Assembly (NCBI GenBank): GCA_964567855.1
Contig: CAZMOE010000005.1
Location: 16,150-80,149, forward strand
DNA: 64,000 nucleotides
Source: an uncultured Prevotellaceae bacterium
GTDB taxonomy: Bacteria; Bacteroidota; Bacteroidia; Bacteroidales; UBA3663
Reading direction: 5' to 3'
Part shown: piece by piece, positions 11,501 through 19,973 of the stretch
Layout of the letters: every line of letters begins with the position of its first letter
Position numbering within the stretch: position 1 is the stretch's first letter
Position numbers and translations under genes: made by a program
The notes under the pieces: model-generated
Database searches by the model: none
The model's input: the letters and a program-made list of their open reading frames with translations, nothing else
What the model was told of the DNA's origin: nothing

Positions 11501-11821
11501 GAGAACGCCGCTTTGGAATAGTTCTACACCGCAGTTCAGCGCAGTTTGTCCGCCGAAGGAAAGGAGTATGCCGTCAGGACGTTCTTTCTGGATGACCTTT
11601 TCAACAAAGAATGGGGTGACCGGTAGAAAATAGATTTTGTCGGCGACGCCTTCTGATGTTTGCACCGTGGCAATATTGGGGTTGATCAGTACGGAGAAGA
11701 TGCCTTCTTCGCGCAGGGCTTTCAAAGCCTGGGAACCGGAATAGTCAAACTCGCCGGCCTCACCGATTTTCAGTGCGCCGGAACCGAGCAAAAGAACTTT
11801 TTTTATGTTATTGTTGATCAT
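8573..11821 (-). CDS. carB: carbamoyl-phosphate synthase large subunit
   Basis: Track ORF 8573..11863. I prefer the internal ATG at 11821 (MINNNIKKVLLLGSGALKIGEAGEFDYSG), which sits 16 nt after the carA stop. Two ATP-grasp halves and an MGS-like C-terminus are present. Confidence 0.96.
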   Translation of the reverse strand: MINNNIKKVLLLGSGALKIGEAGEFDYSGSQALKALREEGIFSVLINPNIATVQTSEGVADKIYFLPVTPFFVEKVIQKERPDGILLSFGGQTALNCGVELFQSGVLEKYNVQVLGTPVQAIMDTEDRELFIEKLDEINVNTIKSHACNSLDEAKAAANDLGYPVIIRAAYALGGLGSGFCDNEAELETIGNKALSFSPQILVEKSLKGWKEVEYEVVRDRYDNCITVCNMENFDPLGIHTGESIVVAPSQTLSNRDYHKLRALSIKIIRHIGIVGECNVQYAYDPNSEDYRVIEVNARLSRSSALASKATGYPLAFVAAKLGLGYGLFELKNSVTKTTSAFFEPALDYIVCKLPRWDLGKFQGVDRELGSSMKSVGEVMAIGRTFEEAIQKGLRMIGQGMHGFVENKELVIADIDKALRAPTDKRIFVISKAFRAGYTIDQIHDLTKIDKWFLQKLHGIIQTAEELEHCEESPLADVTTPAFSTLLRKAKKQGFSDFQIARALGLENSMDNEKAAMAIRNLRKRLGILPVVKQIDTLAAEYPAQTNYLYLTYNGEYQDIEFQHDGKSVIVLGSGAYRIGSSVEFDWCSVNALTTVRREGYRSVMINYNPETVSTDYDMCDRLYFDELTFERVMDIIDLESPHGVILSVGGQIPNNLAMRLDEQHVPILGTQAQYIDNAEDRQKFSSMCDRIGVEQPAWKELSTMADVDKFIAEVGFPVLVRPSYVLSGAAMNVCSNQQELVRFLQLAANVSQKHPVVISQFIEGAKEVEMDAVADQGEIVAYAISEHIEFAGVHSGDATIQFPPQKLYCETVRRIKKVAKQIARELHISGPFNIQFLARENDIKVIECNLRASRSFPFVSKVLKMNLIELAAKIMLRAPYEVPHKSEFDLDYVGIKASQFSFSRLQKADPVLGVDMSSTGEVGCLGDDTSCAILKAMLSVGLRIPAKNILISSGNPKQKLTLLRPAKMLAERGYTLYATGGSYRFLVENNVPCQHVYWPSEEMQPQALDMIRDRKIDLVINIPKNLTSGELDNGYKIRRAAIDFNVPLITNDRLAAAFIHAFCTMPIDDIAIKAWDEYGEN

Positions 11822-11837
11822 ACTGTTTCTCTCTGTT

Positions 11838-12917
11838 TCAAAGCAGGTTAAAAAACTCTTCAAAGATGAACTCCGTGTCTGTCGGGCCGGAGGAGGCTTC
11901 CGGATGGAACTGGGCCGAGAACCACGGATGGCTTTCGTGACGGATTCCTTCGTTGGTGCCGTCGTTCATATTGATGAACAGAGGTTGCCAACCGGCAGGA
12001 ATTGTGGCATTGTCTACGGCAAAACCATGATTTTGCGAGGTGATGAAACACTGGTTCGTGCCGACGCGTTGTACGGGCTGGTTGTGGCCGCGATGGCCGT
12101 ATTTCAGTTTCTTGACCTGGGCGCCGGCTGCAAGCGAAAGGAGCTGATTGCCCATACAGATCCCGTAGATGGGTTTGCCGGTCTCCATGAAACGGCGGAT
12201 GTGTTCGACCGTGATGCCGCAGAGGTTGGGGTCGCCCGGACCGTTGCTGATGAAAAGTCCGTCGTAGTCGGTCTCATCGGCATTGAAGTCGTGGTCCCAG
12301 GGCACGCGGGTGATCTCAACATCATATTTCAGGAGACAGCGCAGAATATTGTGTTTCACTCCGCAGTCTACCAGACAAATTTTTTTCTTGCCGTTGCCAT
12401 AGCGTATCACCTCCTTGCAACTGACTATGGCAACCTGGTTTACTAAGTTCGGATCCTCGAACTCGATTTCATCGGGAGTATTGAAGACGATTTTTCCTTT
12501 CATCGAACCTTTTTCTCTCAGAACTTTGGTCAGTTCACGGGTATCGATGCCGTATACACCGACAACTCCTTCCTCTTTAAGCCAATCGCCAAGAGAGCGG
12601 ACCGCATTCCAGTGGCTGTATTCAAAGGAATAGTCGCTGATAACCAATGCACGCACATGGATCCTCTCCGACTCATAAAAAGAAGAAAGCCCGTTGGCCT
12701 CAAATGAAGCTAACGGGACGCCATAATTACCTACAAGAGGAAAAGTAACGGTCAATATTTGACCGGAATAGGAAGGATCGGTCAGACTTTCGGGATATCC
12801 CATCATGGCTGTATTGAAAACAACTTCGCCATTGACCGGCTTTTCAAAACCAAAACTAAAGCCTTGAAAGACGTGTCCATCGTCTAAAATCAGGGAAACT
12901 GCTTTTTCGTTTTGCAT
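11838..12917 (-). CDS. carA: carbamoyl-phosphate synthase small (glutaminase) subunit
   Basis: 359 aa. CPSase small-chain N-domain plus class-I GATase (PIYGICMGNQLL, HRGHNQPV). Confidence 0.96.
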   Translation of the reverse strand: MQNEKAVSLILDDGHVFQGFSFGFEKPVNGEVVFNTAMMGYPESLTDPSYSGQILTVTFPLVGNYGVPLASFEANGLSSFYESERIHVRALVISDYSFEYSHWNAVRSLGDWLKEEGVVGVYGIDTRELTKVLREKGSMKGKIVFNTPDEIEFEDPNLVNQVAIVSCKEVIRYGNGKKKICLVDCGVKHNILRCLLKYDVEITRVPWDHDFNADETDYDGLFISNGPGDPNLCGITVEHIRRFMETGKPIYGICMGNQLLSLAAGAQVKKLKYGHRGHNQPVQRVGTNQCFITSQNHGFAVDNATIPAGWQPLFINMNDGTNEGIRHESHPWFSAQFHPEASSGPTDTEFIFEEFFNLL

Positions 12918-12994
12918 ATTATATGATAAATTTCGCTTATATACTTCTTCATTGACACCCCTGGCCGTTGCAATGTAAAGGGCTATATTGGGTG

Positions 12995-13002
12995 CAAAGA
13001 TA
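12995..13002 (-). promoter_or_regulatory. candidate Bacteroidetes -7 box (TATCTTTG) for carA-carB
   Basis: The plus strand reads caaagata, which is TAnnTTTG on the minus strand, about 78 nt upstream of the carA ATG. No clean -33 TTTG was seen. Confidence 0.3.
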
Positions 13003-13368
13003 GCGCAGTTCCGATAAAATCGGGCGTCTATTCAATAAAATATTTTTCGCTTGATGAAAAGAGTTTCTCTATCGGGGTGTTCTGTAAGGTAAACTTTTCA
13101 GTTGAAGTTCTATGTTTTATTGTATTTCGCTTAGAGGTTTATTATATTAATTCGATTTGTCATATATGCAATATCTTAATATGAAAATTAGATATATTTG
13201 TGGCGAAATAAATCACAATAACTGTTATTTTGTCATTATTATTATTCATTGAGCTATTATAATTTGATAAATAAGGATGTACGGAATACTGTTTATGGAT
13301 GATTGGAAAATTGTGTAGCACAAGGAGACAGACATTGACAATTATATTTTAGTAACAAATAATCAATT

Positions 13369-14850
13369 ATGAAAAAGGTAATTATTTCGGCATTAGTGGC
13401 ATTTGTTTTTATGCCGGTTGTGGTGAATGCTCAGACTTCGTTGAATGAAAATATTGCAAATGCGGTAGTCGTTCGGGATCCGGCACGACAATCTTCAACA
13501 GAGATAGATGCAGTTGTTTATAATCCGGCGGGAACGGCTTTTCTTGATGATGGTTTTCATTTTTCTTTGAATGGTATCGGTGTGTTTCAGACTTTGGAAG
13601 GGATGAGCGGGAACGGGAATGACCATCTTAAAAATATAATGCCATCTTTTCAGGCCGCCTACAAAAGAAATAATTGGACATTTTCATTCTCTTGGGCGAA
13701 TGAAGGCGGTTATGGACAATGGAAGAATAGGAACGGATCTGGCTTTTTAAATCATATTATGAAAGAAAGTGAAGTTTTTGATTCTGATTTAGCGGAAATA
13801 AATACTCTCTTTTCTGAAACTATCCAATTGTTATCAACAGCGGCAATCGGGACGGAAATATTGAATGGTGGAGTAAATCCTTTTCCATTGTTAAATGTGA
13901 GCGCGGATGATATGTATAAACCTGTATCCAAAAATCTGCGTTCTAAATTGTATAATTTTACAAACCGTTTGGGGGCGTCTTACTTGCTGAATGAAAAATG
14001 GTCCGCCTATTTGGGGGTAAAATTGAATTATGTGGTGTATCATACAAAGTTAGATGGAGATCTGTGTATGTATCGTCCTTCAACAGGAGAATCATGGACA
14101 TGTCCTGAATATTTTGAAAGTATAGCCCAGGCAATAGAATGTGGCAGGGAAAATTTATCGGAAGATCTCAAGGAAATATGGGAGGATTGGCCGCTTGATG
14201 GTTACCGGGCTTTGGGAAGGTTTGAACCAAATGTACTTATTCGCTTTAAAAAGGAGAACGGGTTGGGTGTCGCTCCTGTGATTGGATTAGATTATCATTT
14301 CAATAAAGTGAATATCGGGGCAAAATATGAATTTAAATCTGTTGTTCATACCAATAAGAATTTTGAAGATTTTGATTTACCTGCAAATCTCTCTTTGGGC
14401 GTCGACTGGCAGATAGATAAACATTGGAATGTTGCTGCTGGAGGGACTTTATATTTTAATCATTTGAATGATAATTTCGGTAAAAATGGATCCGGAAAAT
14501 CTAAATCATATACAGGGGATGTTTCTACGAGCCTATCTTATTCTCCATGTAAGAGATGGTTGTTTAGCGTGGGCGAGACTTATAGTCGATCTAATGAATT
14601 GATGAATACCGGCATAGCTGAAGATGCTATATCTTCAATTTATTCTCGATTAAAGACATCTTTGGGTGTCCAATATGATATTGTATCTAATTTACAGGTT
14701 AATGTTGGACTTAGTTGTATAACTGCAAAGTATAAACGCGAATGTTTAACGAGAGGTTTTTTTAATGGATTTGAATATCCGACATATTTTGCTAAGTCTG
14801 AGATAAAACCACAGGTGGCAGTGGCTGTCGGTTTGAATTATAGTTTTTAA
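13369..14850 (+). CDS. outer-membrane beta-barrel protein, FadL/TodX-like (putative)
   Basis: 493 aa. Signal peptide MKKVIISALVAFVFMPVVVNAQ, an N-terminal NPAG motif (VVYNPAGTAFL) as in FadL-family hatch regions, alternating beta-strand pattern, and a C-terminal aromatic residue (GLNYSF). It lies in an AT-rich stretch. Confidence 0.65.
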   Translation: MKKVIISALVAFVFMPVVVNAQTSLNENIANAVVVRDPARQSSTEIDAVVYNPAGTAFLDDGFHFSLNGIGVFQTLEGMSGNGNDHLKNIMPSFQAAYKRNNWTFSFSWANEGGYGQWKNRNGSGFLNHIMKESEVFDSDLAEINTLFSETIQLLSTAAIGTEILNGGVNPFPLLNVSADDMYKPVSKNLRSKLYNFTNRLGASYLLNEKWSAYLGVKLNYVVYHTKLDGDLCMYRPSTGESWTCPEYFESIAQAIECGRENLSEDLKEIWEDWPLDGYRALGRFEPNVLIRFKKENGLGVAPVIGLDYHFNKVNIGAKYEFKSVVHTNKNFEDFDLPANLSLGVDWQIDKHWNVAAGGTLYFNHLNDNFGKNGSGKSKSYTGDVSTSLSYSPCKRWLFSVGETYSRSNELMNTGIAEDAISSIYSRLKTSLGVQYDIVSNLQVNVGLSCITAKYKRECLTRGFFNGFEYPTYFAKSEIKPQVAVAVGLNYSF

Positions 14851-14894
14851 GAATGCCGATTTCTTGAATTTTTAAATCATCTCTATAACAATAG

Positions 14895-14930
14895 ATCGCC
14901 CCTTGTGTCATTAATGACACAAGGGGCGAT
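14895..14930. terminator. bidirectional hairpin between the OMP gene and rubrerythrin
   Basis: Near-perfect palindrome atcgccccttgtgtcat taa tgacacaaggggcgat, with TTTT downstream on the plus strand. Confidence 0.7.
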
Positions 14931-14964
14931 TGGGTTTTAAATGATAGATACTCTTCTGAATCTA

Positions 14965-15516
14965 TTATTTCTTGAAGTAGCGGTTGAAGAGGCCTTCGAA
15001 GCCTTTGCCGTGACGAGCTTCGTCCTTGGCCATTTCATGAACGGTGTCATGAATAGCGTCCAGATTCTGGGCCTTGGCATTTTTGGCGATGCGGAACTTG
15101 TCTGCACAGGCACCGGCTTCGGCATTCATACGCTTTTCGAGGTTGGTTTTGGTGTCCCAAACAACATCGCCGAGCAATTCAGCGAATTTGGCAGCGTGTT
15201 CTGCTTCTTCCCAGGCATAGCGCTTGAAGGCTTCGGCGATTTCCGGATAGCCTTCGCGATCAGCCTGACGGCTCATGGCCAGATACATGCCGACTTCTGT
15301 GCATTCACCGTTGAAATGAGCGTTCAGATCTTTGAGCATTTCTTCGTCAAGACCCTTGGCTACGCCGATTTCGTGAACGGTTTCAAACTGAAGACCTTTT
15401 GTTTCTTCCAATTCTTTGAATTTAGAGGCCGGAACTTTGCACTGAGGACACTGCTCAGGAGCTGTAGCACCTTCATGAACGTAACCGCAGACGGTACAAA
15501 TCCATTTTTTTTGCAT
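14965..15516 (-). CDS. rbr: reverse rubrerythrin (N-terminal rubredoxin-like domain plus ferritin-like diiron domain)
   Basis: 183 aa. [10 protein letters not shown]...CPQC at the N-terminus, then ExxH diiron motifs ([18 protein letters not shown]). Confidence 0.9.
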   Translation of the reverse strand: MQKKWICTVCGYVHEGATAPEQCPQCKVPASKFKELEETKGLQFETVHEIGVAKGLDEEMLKDLNAHFNGECTEVGMYLAMSRQADREGYPEIAEAFKRYAWEEAEHAAKFAELLGDVVWDTKTNLEKRMNAEAGACADKFRIAKNAKAQNLDAIHDTVHEMAKDEARHGKGFEGLFNRYFKK

Positions 15517-15574
15517 AATCGTAATGTTTAAAAGTTTATAATTAGTATATTCATATTCGTTTGTCCGGAAGGAC

Positions 15575-17782
15575 TCACGAATGAGTGACTCTGTCTTTTA
15601 ATTCTGCCAGCTTGCCGGAATTCCAGCGGTCGGTGGTACCTACCAGATAGCCGGTGATACGTTGCAGTTTGTCTAAGTTCCTGCTACCGCACTCAGGACA
15701 GATTTCTTCGTTTTCGATGGCATCTTCATGCCCGCAGTCCAGGCAACGGTTTCTGTTGTGATTGACCGATCCGTAACCGATATTGAGCTGATCCATCAAA
15801 TCTACGACCTTATAGATGGCCTCTGGGTTATGAGTCGCGTCTCCGTCGAGCTCTACATAGAAGATATGGCCTCCTCGGGTCAGGTCGTGGTATGGAGCTT
15901 CGATTTCAGCTTTGTGACGGATACTGCATTTGTAGTAAACAGGAACATGGTTGGAGTTGGTGTAATAATCCTTGTCCGTTACGCCGGGAATGATACCGAA
16001 TCTACGTTTGTCGAATTTCGTAAAGCGGCCGGAGAGTCCTTCGGCCGGAGTGGCCAGTACGGAATAATTGTGCTGGTAGCGATCGGAAAATTCGTCAGCT
16101 TTCTTTTTCATGAAGCTGACAATCTTCAGGCCGAGCCGCTGGCTGCTGTCACTTTCTCCGTGGTGCTTGCCTGTCAGTGCGATAAGGCATTCTGCCAGAC
16201 CGATGAAACCGATACCGAGTGTGCCCTGATTGATAACCGGTGCGATCGTGTCGGTTGGTTTCAGTTTGTCCGCACCATTCCATAGGCAGCTCATTACCAG
16301 CGGGAATTGCTTGGCCAAAGCTGTTTTCTGGAATTCAAAACGCTGATGTAATTGTTTGGCGACAAGTTCGCACATCTCATTCAGGCGCAGCATGAAGACT
16401 TCGACACGCTTCTCGGGATTCGGTTCCGACATACATTCGATGGCAAGGCCGACAATATTGATCGTAGTGAAAGATAAGTTGCCTCTTCCGATGGAGGTTT
16501 TGGTTCCGAAGCGATTTTCAAATACTCGAGTACGACATCCCATTGTTGCTACCTCATATTTATAACGTTCGGGATCCTCTGCATTCCAATCTTCATGATA
16601 GTTGAAGGTTGCATCCAGGTTGAGAAAGTTCGGGAAGAAGCGACGGGCCGAAACCTTGCAGGCTAACTGGTAAAGGTCGTAATTCGGATCCTCAGGCAGG
16701 TAGTTGACGCCACGTTTTTTCTTCCAGATCTGGATAGGGAAGATGGCGGTAGAATGATTGCCGACCCCTTCATAGGTGGAATGCAGGAGTTCGCGCATTA
16801 CGCAACGGCCTTCGGCGGAGGTATCGGTACCGTAGTTGACCGAAGAGAAGACGACCTGGTTACCTCCGCGGCTGTGAATCGTATTCATGTTGTGGATGAA
16901 TGCCTCCATGGCCTGATGTACGCGTGACACCGTGCGGTTGATAGCATGTTGTTTGGCGCGATCCTTTCCCTCGAGATTTCCGAGCGAGGCTTTCAGATAG
17001 TCTTTGATCGGCGTATTGTAAAGATCGGCATAATCCGCACCATCCAGTTCTTCAAGAACTCGCACCTCTTCTTTATAGGTCATGCGGACATAAGGCGCGA
17101 AATAGAAATCGAGTGCAGGGATGGCCTGACCGCCGTGCATTTCATTCTGTGCCGTTTCCAACGAGATGCAGGCCTGTACGCTGGCGGTTTCAATGCGTTT
17201 AGCCGGACGGCTTTCTGCATGAGCTGCTTTGAGACCGTGTTGCAAGATGGTATTCAGCGGATGCTGTACGCAGGTGAGCGATTTGGTTGGATAATAATCC
17301 TTATCATGGATATGGATATACCCTTTCTTGACAGCATCTTTTACATCTTCATTCAACAGATAATCATCAACGAACGGTTTTGTGCTTTCGCTGGCGAATT
17401 TCATCATCATGCCGGCCGGAGTGTCGGCGTTCATGTTGGCATTTTCGCGTGTGATATCGTTATTTTTTGCACCGATGATACTTTCAAATATTTCGCGGGT
17501 CTTGGCCTTACGGGCGATGTTGCGCGCGTTGCGATAGGAGATATAGATACGGGCCACCTCTTTACGGTCGGACTTCATCAGTTCTACTTCTACGGCATCC
17601 TGTATGGCCTCCACACTCATCAGAGCGTCCCCGCTCTTGGCGATTGTGTCGGCAATGGTCGCAGCCAATACGGCGTCGATTCCTTTTTCCGAGGCATCCA
17701 TGGCCTTACGGATAGCATCTTCAATCTTGTTGAAGTTAAAATCTACCGTACGCCCGTCGCGCTTAATTACTTTTTGAATCAT
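15575..17782 (-). CDS. nrdD: anaerobic ribonucleoside-triphosphate reductase
   Basis: 735 aa. N-terminal ATP-cone ([16 protein letters not shown]), C-terminal Zn-ribbon (CLDCGH...CPECGS) and glycyl-radical tail ([24 protein letters not shown]). Confidence 0.95.
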   Translation of the reverse strand: MIQKVIKRDGRTVDFNFNKIEDAIRKAMDASEKGIDAVLAATIADTIAKSGDALMSVEAIQDAVEVELMKSDRKEVARIYISYRNARNIARKAKTREIFESIIGAKNNDITRENANMNADTPAGMMMKFASESTKPFVDDYLLNEDVKDAVKKGYIHIHDKDYYPTKSLTCVQHPLNTILQHGLKAAHAESRPAKRIETASVQACISLETAQNEMHGGQAIPALDFYFAPYVRMTYKEEVRVLEELDGADYADLYNTPIKDYLKASLGNLEGKDRAKQHAINRTVSRVHQAMEAFIHNMNTIHSRGGNQVVFSSVNYGTDTSAEGRCVMRELLHSTYEGVGNHSTAIFPIQIWKKKRGVNYLPEDPNYDLYQLACKVSARRFFPNFLNLDATFNYHEDWNAEDPERYKYEVATMGCRTRVFENRFGTKTSIGRGNLSFTTINIVGLAIECMSEPNPEKRVEVFMLRLNEMCELVAKQLHQRFEFQKTALAKQFPLVMSCLWNGADKLKPTDTIAPVINQGTLGIGFIGLAECLIALTGKHHGESDSSQRLGLKIVSFMKKKADEFSDRYQHNYSVLATPAEGLSGRFTKFDKRRFGIIPGVTDKDYYTNSNHVPVYYKCSIRHKAEIEAPYHDLTRGGHIFYVELDGDATHNPEAIYKVVDLMDQLNIGYGSVNHNRNRCLDCGHEDAIENEEICPECGSRNLDKLQRITGYLVGTTDRWNSGKLAELKDRVTHS

Positions 17783-17867
17783 CGGTTATGTGTGTTAATA
17801 TGGTTATGTTTTTTTACGTGGATGCAAAAATAGATGCTTTTTAGTGAATAACCAAACCGATTTTGTC

Positions 17868-17875
17868 TATCTTTG
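17868..17875 (+). promoter_or_regulatory. candidate -7 box (TATCTTTG) for the LysR-family gene
   Basis: Matches TAnnTTTG 20 nt upstream of the ATG at 17896, in the 113-bp divergent nrdD/LysR intergenic region. Confidence 0.35.
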
Positions 17876-17895
17876 TATTGACAAAATCAATAATC

Positions 17896-18825
17896 ATGAC
17901 TTTTCAGCAGTTGGAATATATAGTGGCCGTCGAAAAATACCGGCATTTTGTGAATGCCGCCACCGCTTGTGGGGTTACCCAGTCTACGCTCAGCTCGATG
18001 ATACAGAAGTTGGAGCAGGAAATCGATGTGGTTATTTTCGATCGTTCCAAGCATCCCATCGAACCGACGGCGTTAGGTCGTCAGATCATCGCGCAGGCAC
18101 GTCTTATCCTGCATACTTCGTCCCAGCTTCGCGAATTGGTGCTTAGCGAGAAGGAGCAGGAGCGGGGTACGGTATATATAGGAATGTCTTCTTCGGTGGC
18201 ACCATCTCTTTATCCGTCGTTCAATCGTCTTGTCACTGCCGAGCATACCGGTATTCATGCTTGCGTCTATGAAAGTGAGACGGAAGCCTTGTTAGGGAAG
18301 TTGCAACGGGCGGAAATCGATATGGTCATAGCAAGTCCCAATGATACAGCGATTCCGGATCTGATGGAAATAGAATTATATGTCGAACGCTTCTTCTTGT
18401 ATGTATCTTCGGCCCATCCGCTTTATCAAAGAGAGTGGGTGCGTCCGGAAGATCTGATGGACGGAGATTTCTGGCTGCTCAAATCTTTCCATGGCGGTTA
18501 CCCGCAGCTTGGGGAGCTTCTCCGGCATGACACGCGCCATCACACGGATTTTGAAATGGGAAGTCTTTCCACCCTGATCAGTCTTATCGATGAGAACGGT
18601 GGCTATACGGTTTTGCCGCAGCTGTTTGTCAACCGTCTGACAGCGGAGCAGAAGAAAAATATCCGCCCGATCAATAGCGGGAAGTTCTTCCGTACGGTGT
18701 CGCTGTTTATCCGCAATGACTATGTACGTGAGCGGATGCTGAATATTATTGCGGACATTGTGAAAAGAATCGTTCCCGAAGATATGATTAACCAACGGTT
18801 GAAGAAGTTTAAGATCACATTATAA
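17896..18825 (+). CDS. LysR-family transcriptional regulator
   Basis: Track ORF 17863..18825. I prefer the ATG at 17896 (MTFQQLEYIVAVEKYRHFVNAATACGVTQSTLSSMIQKLE, a LysR wHTH), followed by a substrate-binding domain. The OxyR redox cysteines are not evident. Confidence 0.85.
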   Translation: MTFQQLEYIVAVEKYRHFVNAATACGVTQSTLSSMIQKLEQEIDVVIFDRSKHPIEPTALGRQIIAQARLILHTSSQLRELVLSEKEQERGTVYIGMSSSVAPSLYPSFNRLVTAEHTGIHACVYESETEALLGKLQRAEIDMVIASPNDTAIPDLMEIELYVERFFLYVSSAHPLYQREWVRPEDLMDGDFWLLKSFHGGYPQLGELLRHDTRHHTDFEMGSLSTLISLIDENGGYTVLPQLFVNRLTAEQKKNIRPINSGKFFRTVSLFIRNDYVRERMLNIIADIVKRIVPEDMINQRLKKFKITL

Positions 18826-18888
18826 TTCGGATGAATGTCGAGAGGATTCGTCTTGCCTGTATGAACGGTATGGCTATCATAAAGTTTT

Positions 18889-18936
18889 CCCGAAGTATTT
18901 TCTATGGAACTGAAAGATACTTCGGGGGTATTTTTA
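18889..18936 (+). terminator. rho-independent terminator after the LysR gene
   Basis: Stem cccgaagta / tacttcggg (9 bp) followed by gtattttta. Confidence 0.6.
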
Positions 18937-18949
18937 TAGGTGAAAGATT

Positions 18950-19954
18950 TTAATAATAGTTTGATAATGCCCTTATTTGGTAAAGAGCATTTTTTGAATC
19001 GTTCGAATATCCTTCTCCATTTGAGTTCCCGTAATCGAATTTTAAGTCGAACTCTATACTTTGATCTGGGGATGTCGCTTCGAATTCAGCAGAGAGTGTT
19101 TTTCGTCCTTGATATTCTTTGGTTTCCGGGGACTTTTTGATTTTTATATTGAATCCTAAATTCTGGAAGATTGAAAGCCATTCATTGTAGGAAAATTGAA
19201 AAGAAAATCCGAATTGATTTGTCCAAAGTGAGGGCATACTTTCATATCTGTTAATGGAAAGCCAGTCGAAGATCCCATCGTTTTTGGAAAAATCCCACCA
19301 GGAATGACCATTGATATCACATGTAAAATCGCCGTCTCCTTTGTCTTTTACTTCCCGGCCTAACCGCCGAGCATCGTCGAGGGTACTTGTACCAAGTGTA
19401 AGACCATCTACAGGAAAGAAGGCGTTGACATTGCGTGATGAGTTGTTTGCGAGATTGTTGGTTGTTCCGATATTGAGGCTGGTGGACTTTTGGACTTTGT
19501 CACATTCTTCAATAACATCATCACTTACATTACTGATTTGTGATCTAAGTTTGTAGAATGCGTATTTAAAAGCTTCTGCATCATTTATGTACATTTCTGC
19601 CTGGATTCTGAAACTTCCGTTCAGGCAGATAAGCTTGACTCCTTTGTATAGGTTTAATTCAGCGGAAGCCATCTTTACGGTTTCTTTGGAATATTTGGTC
19701 GGATATTCAAAAGAGCGGAACATCGTAACATACATAGGTGTGTTATCTGTTTTGCTGACAGATACATAGTAGGTTTTTCCTTCATATTTAAATTTTACAT
19801 CTCCATCAGAGTCTATTTCAGGGACAAATCCTTCTTCTTTAAGGAATTCAGAGATTTGTGTGCGCAGTTGCAGTTGACTGGCGTTATATTCATCCGCATA
19901 AGAGGCAGTTATGTAGCAAAATGCGATAATGATAAATAAAAGTATCTTTCTCAT
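18950..19954 (-). CDS. secreted/lipoprotein-like protein with a YbjN-like N-terminal domain (operon gene G)
   Basis: 334 aa. Signal peptide MRKILLFIIIAFCYITASYA. The N-terminal region (ISEFLKEEGFVPEIDSDGDVKFKYEGKTYYVSVS...) resembles the YbjN/T3SS-chaperone-like fold family. The C-terminal ~170 aa are unrecognised. The start lies 19 nt after the kinase F stop. Confidence 0.5.
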   Translation of the reverse strand: MRKILLFIIIAFCYITASYADEYNASQLQLRTQISEFLKEEGFVPEIDSDGDVKFKYEGKTYYVSVSKTDNTPMYVTMFRSFEYPTKYSKETVKMASAELNLYKGVKLICLNGSFRIQAEMYINDAEAFKYAFYKLRSQISNVSDDVIEECDKVQKSTSLNIGTTNNLANNSSRNVNAFFPVDGLTLGTSTLDDARRLGREVKDKGDGDFTCDINGHSWWDFSKNDGIFDWLSINRYESMPSLWTNQFGFSFQFSYNEWLSIFQNLGFNIKIKKSPETKEYQGRKTLSAEFEATSPDQSIEFDLKFDYGNSNGEGYSNDSKNALYQIRALSNYY

Positions 19955-19973
19955 AATGATTTTGTTTAATGGA

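Noticed and set aside
14941-15531. A 196-aa plus-strand ORF covering the rubrerythrin locus.
   Set aside because: The minus-strand product has clear rubredoxin and diiron motifs. The plus-strand translation is low-complexity (F/G/A-rich).
16946-17833. A 295-aa plus-strand ORF inside nrdD, and a 185-aa ORF at 15728-16285.
   Set aside because: Both are antisense to a complete nrdD that retains its glycyl-radical and Zn-ribbon motifs.
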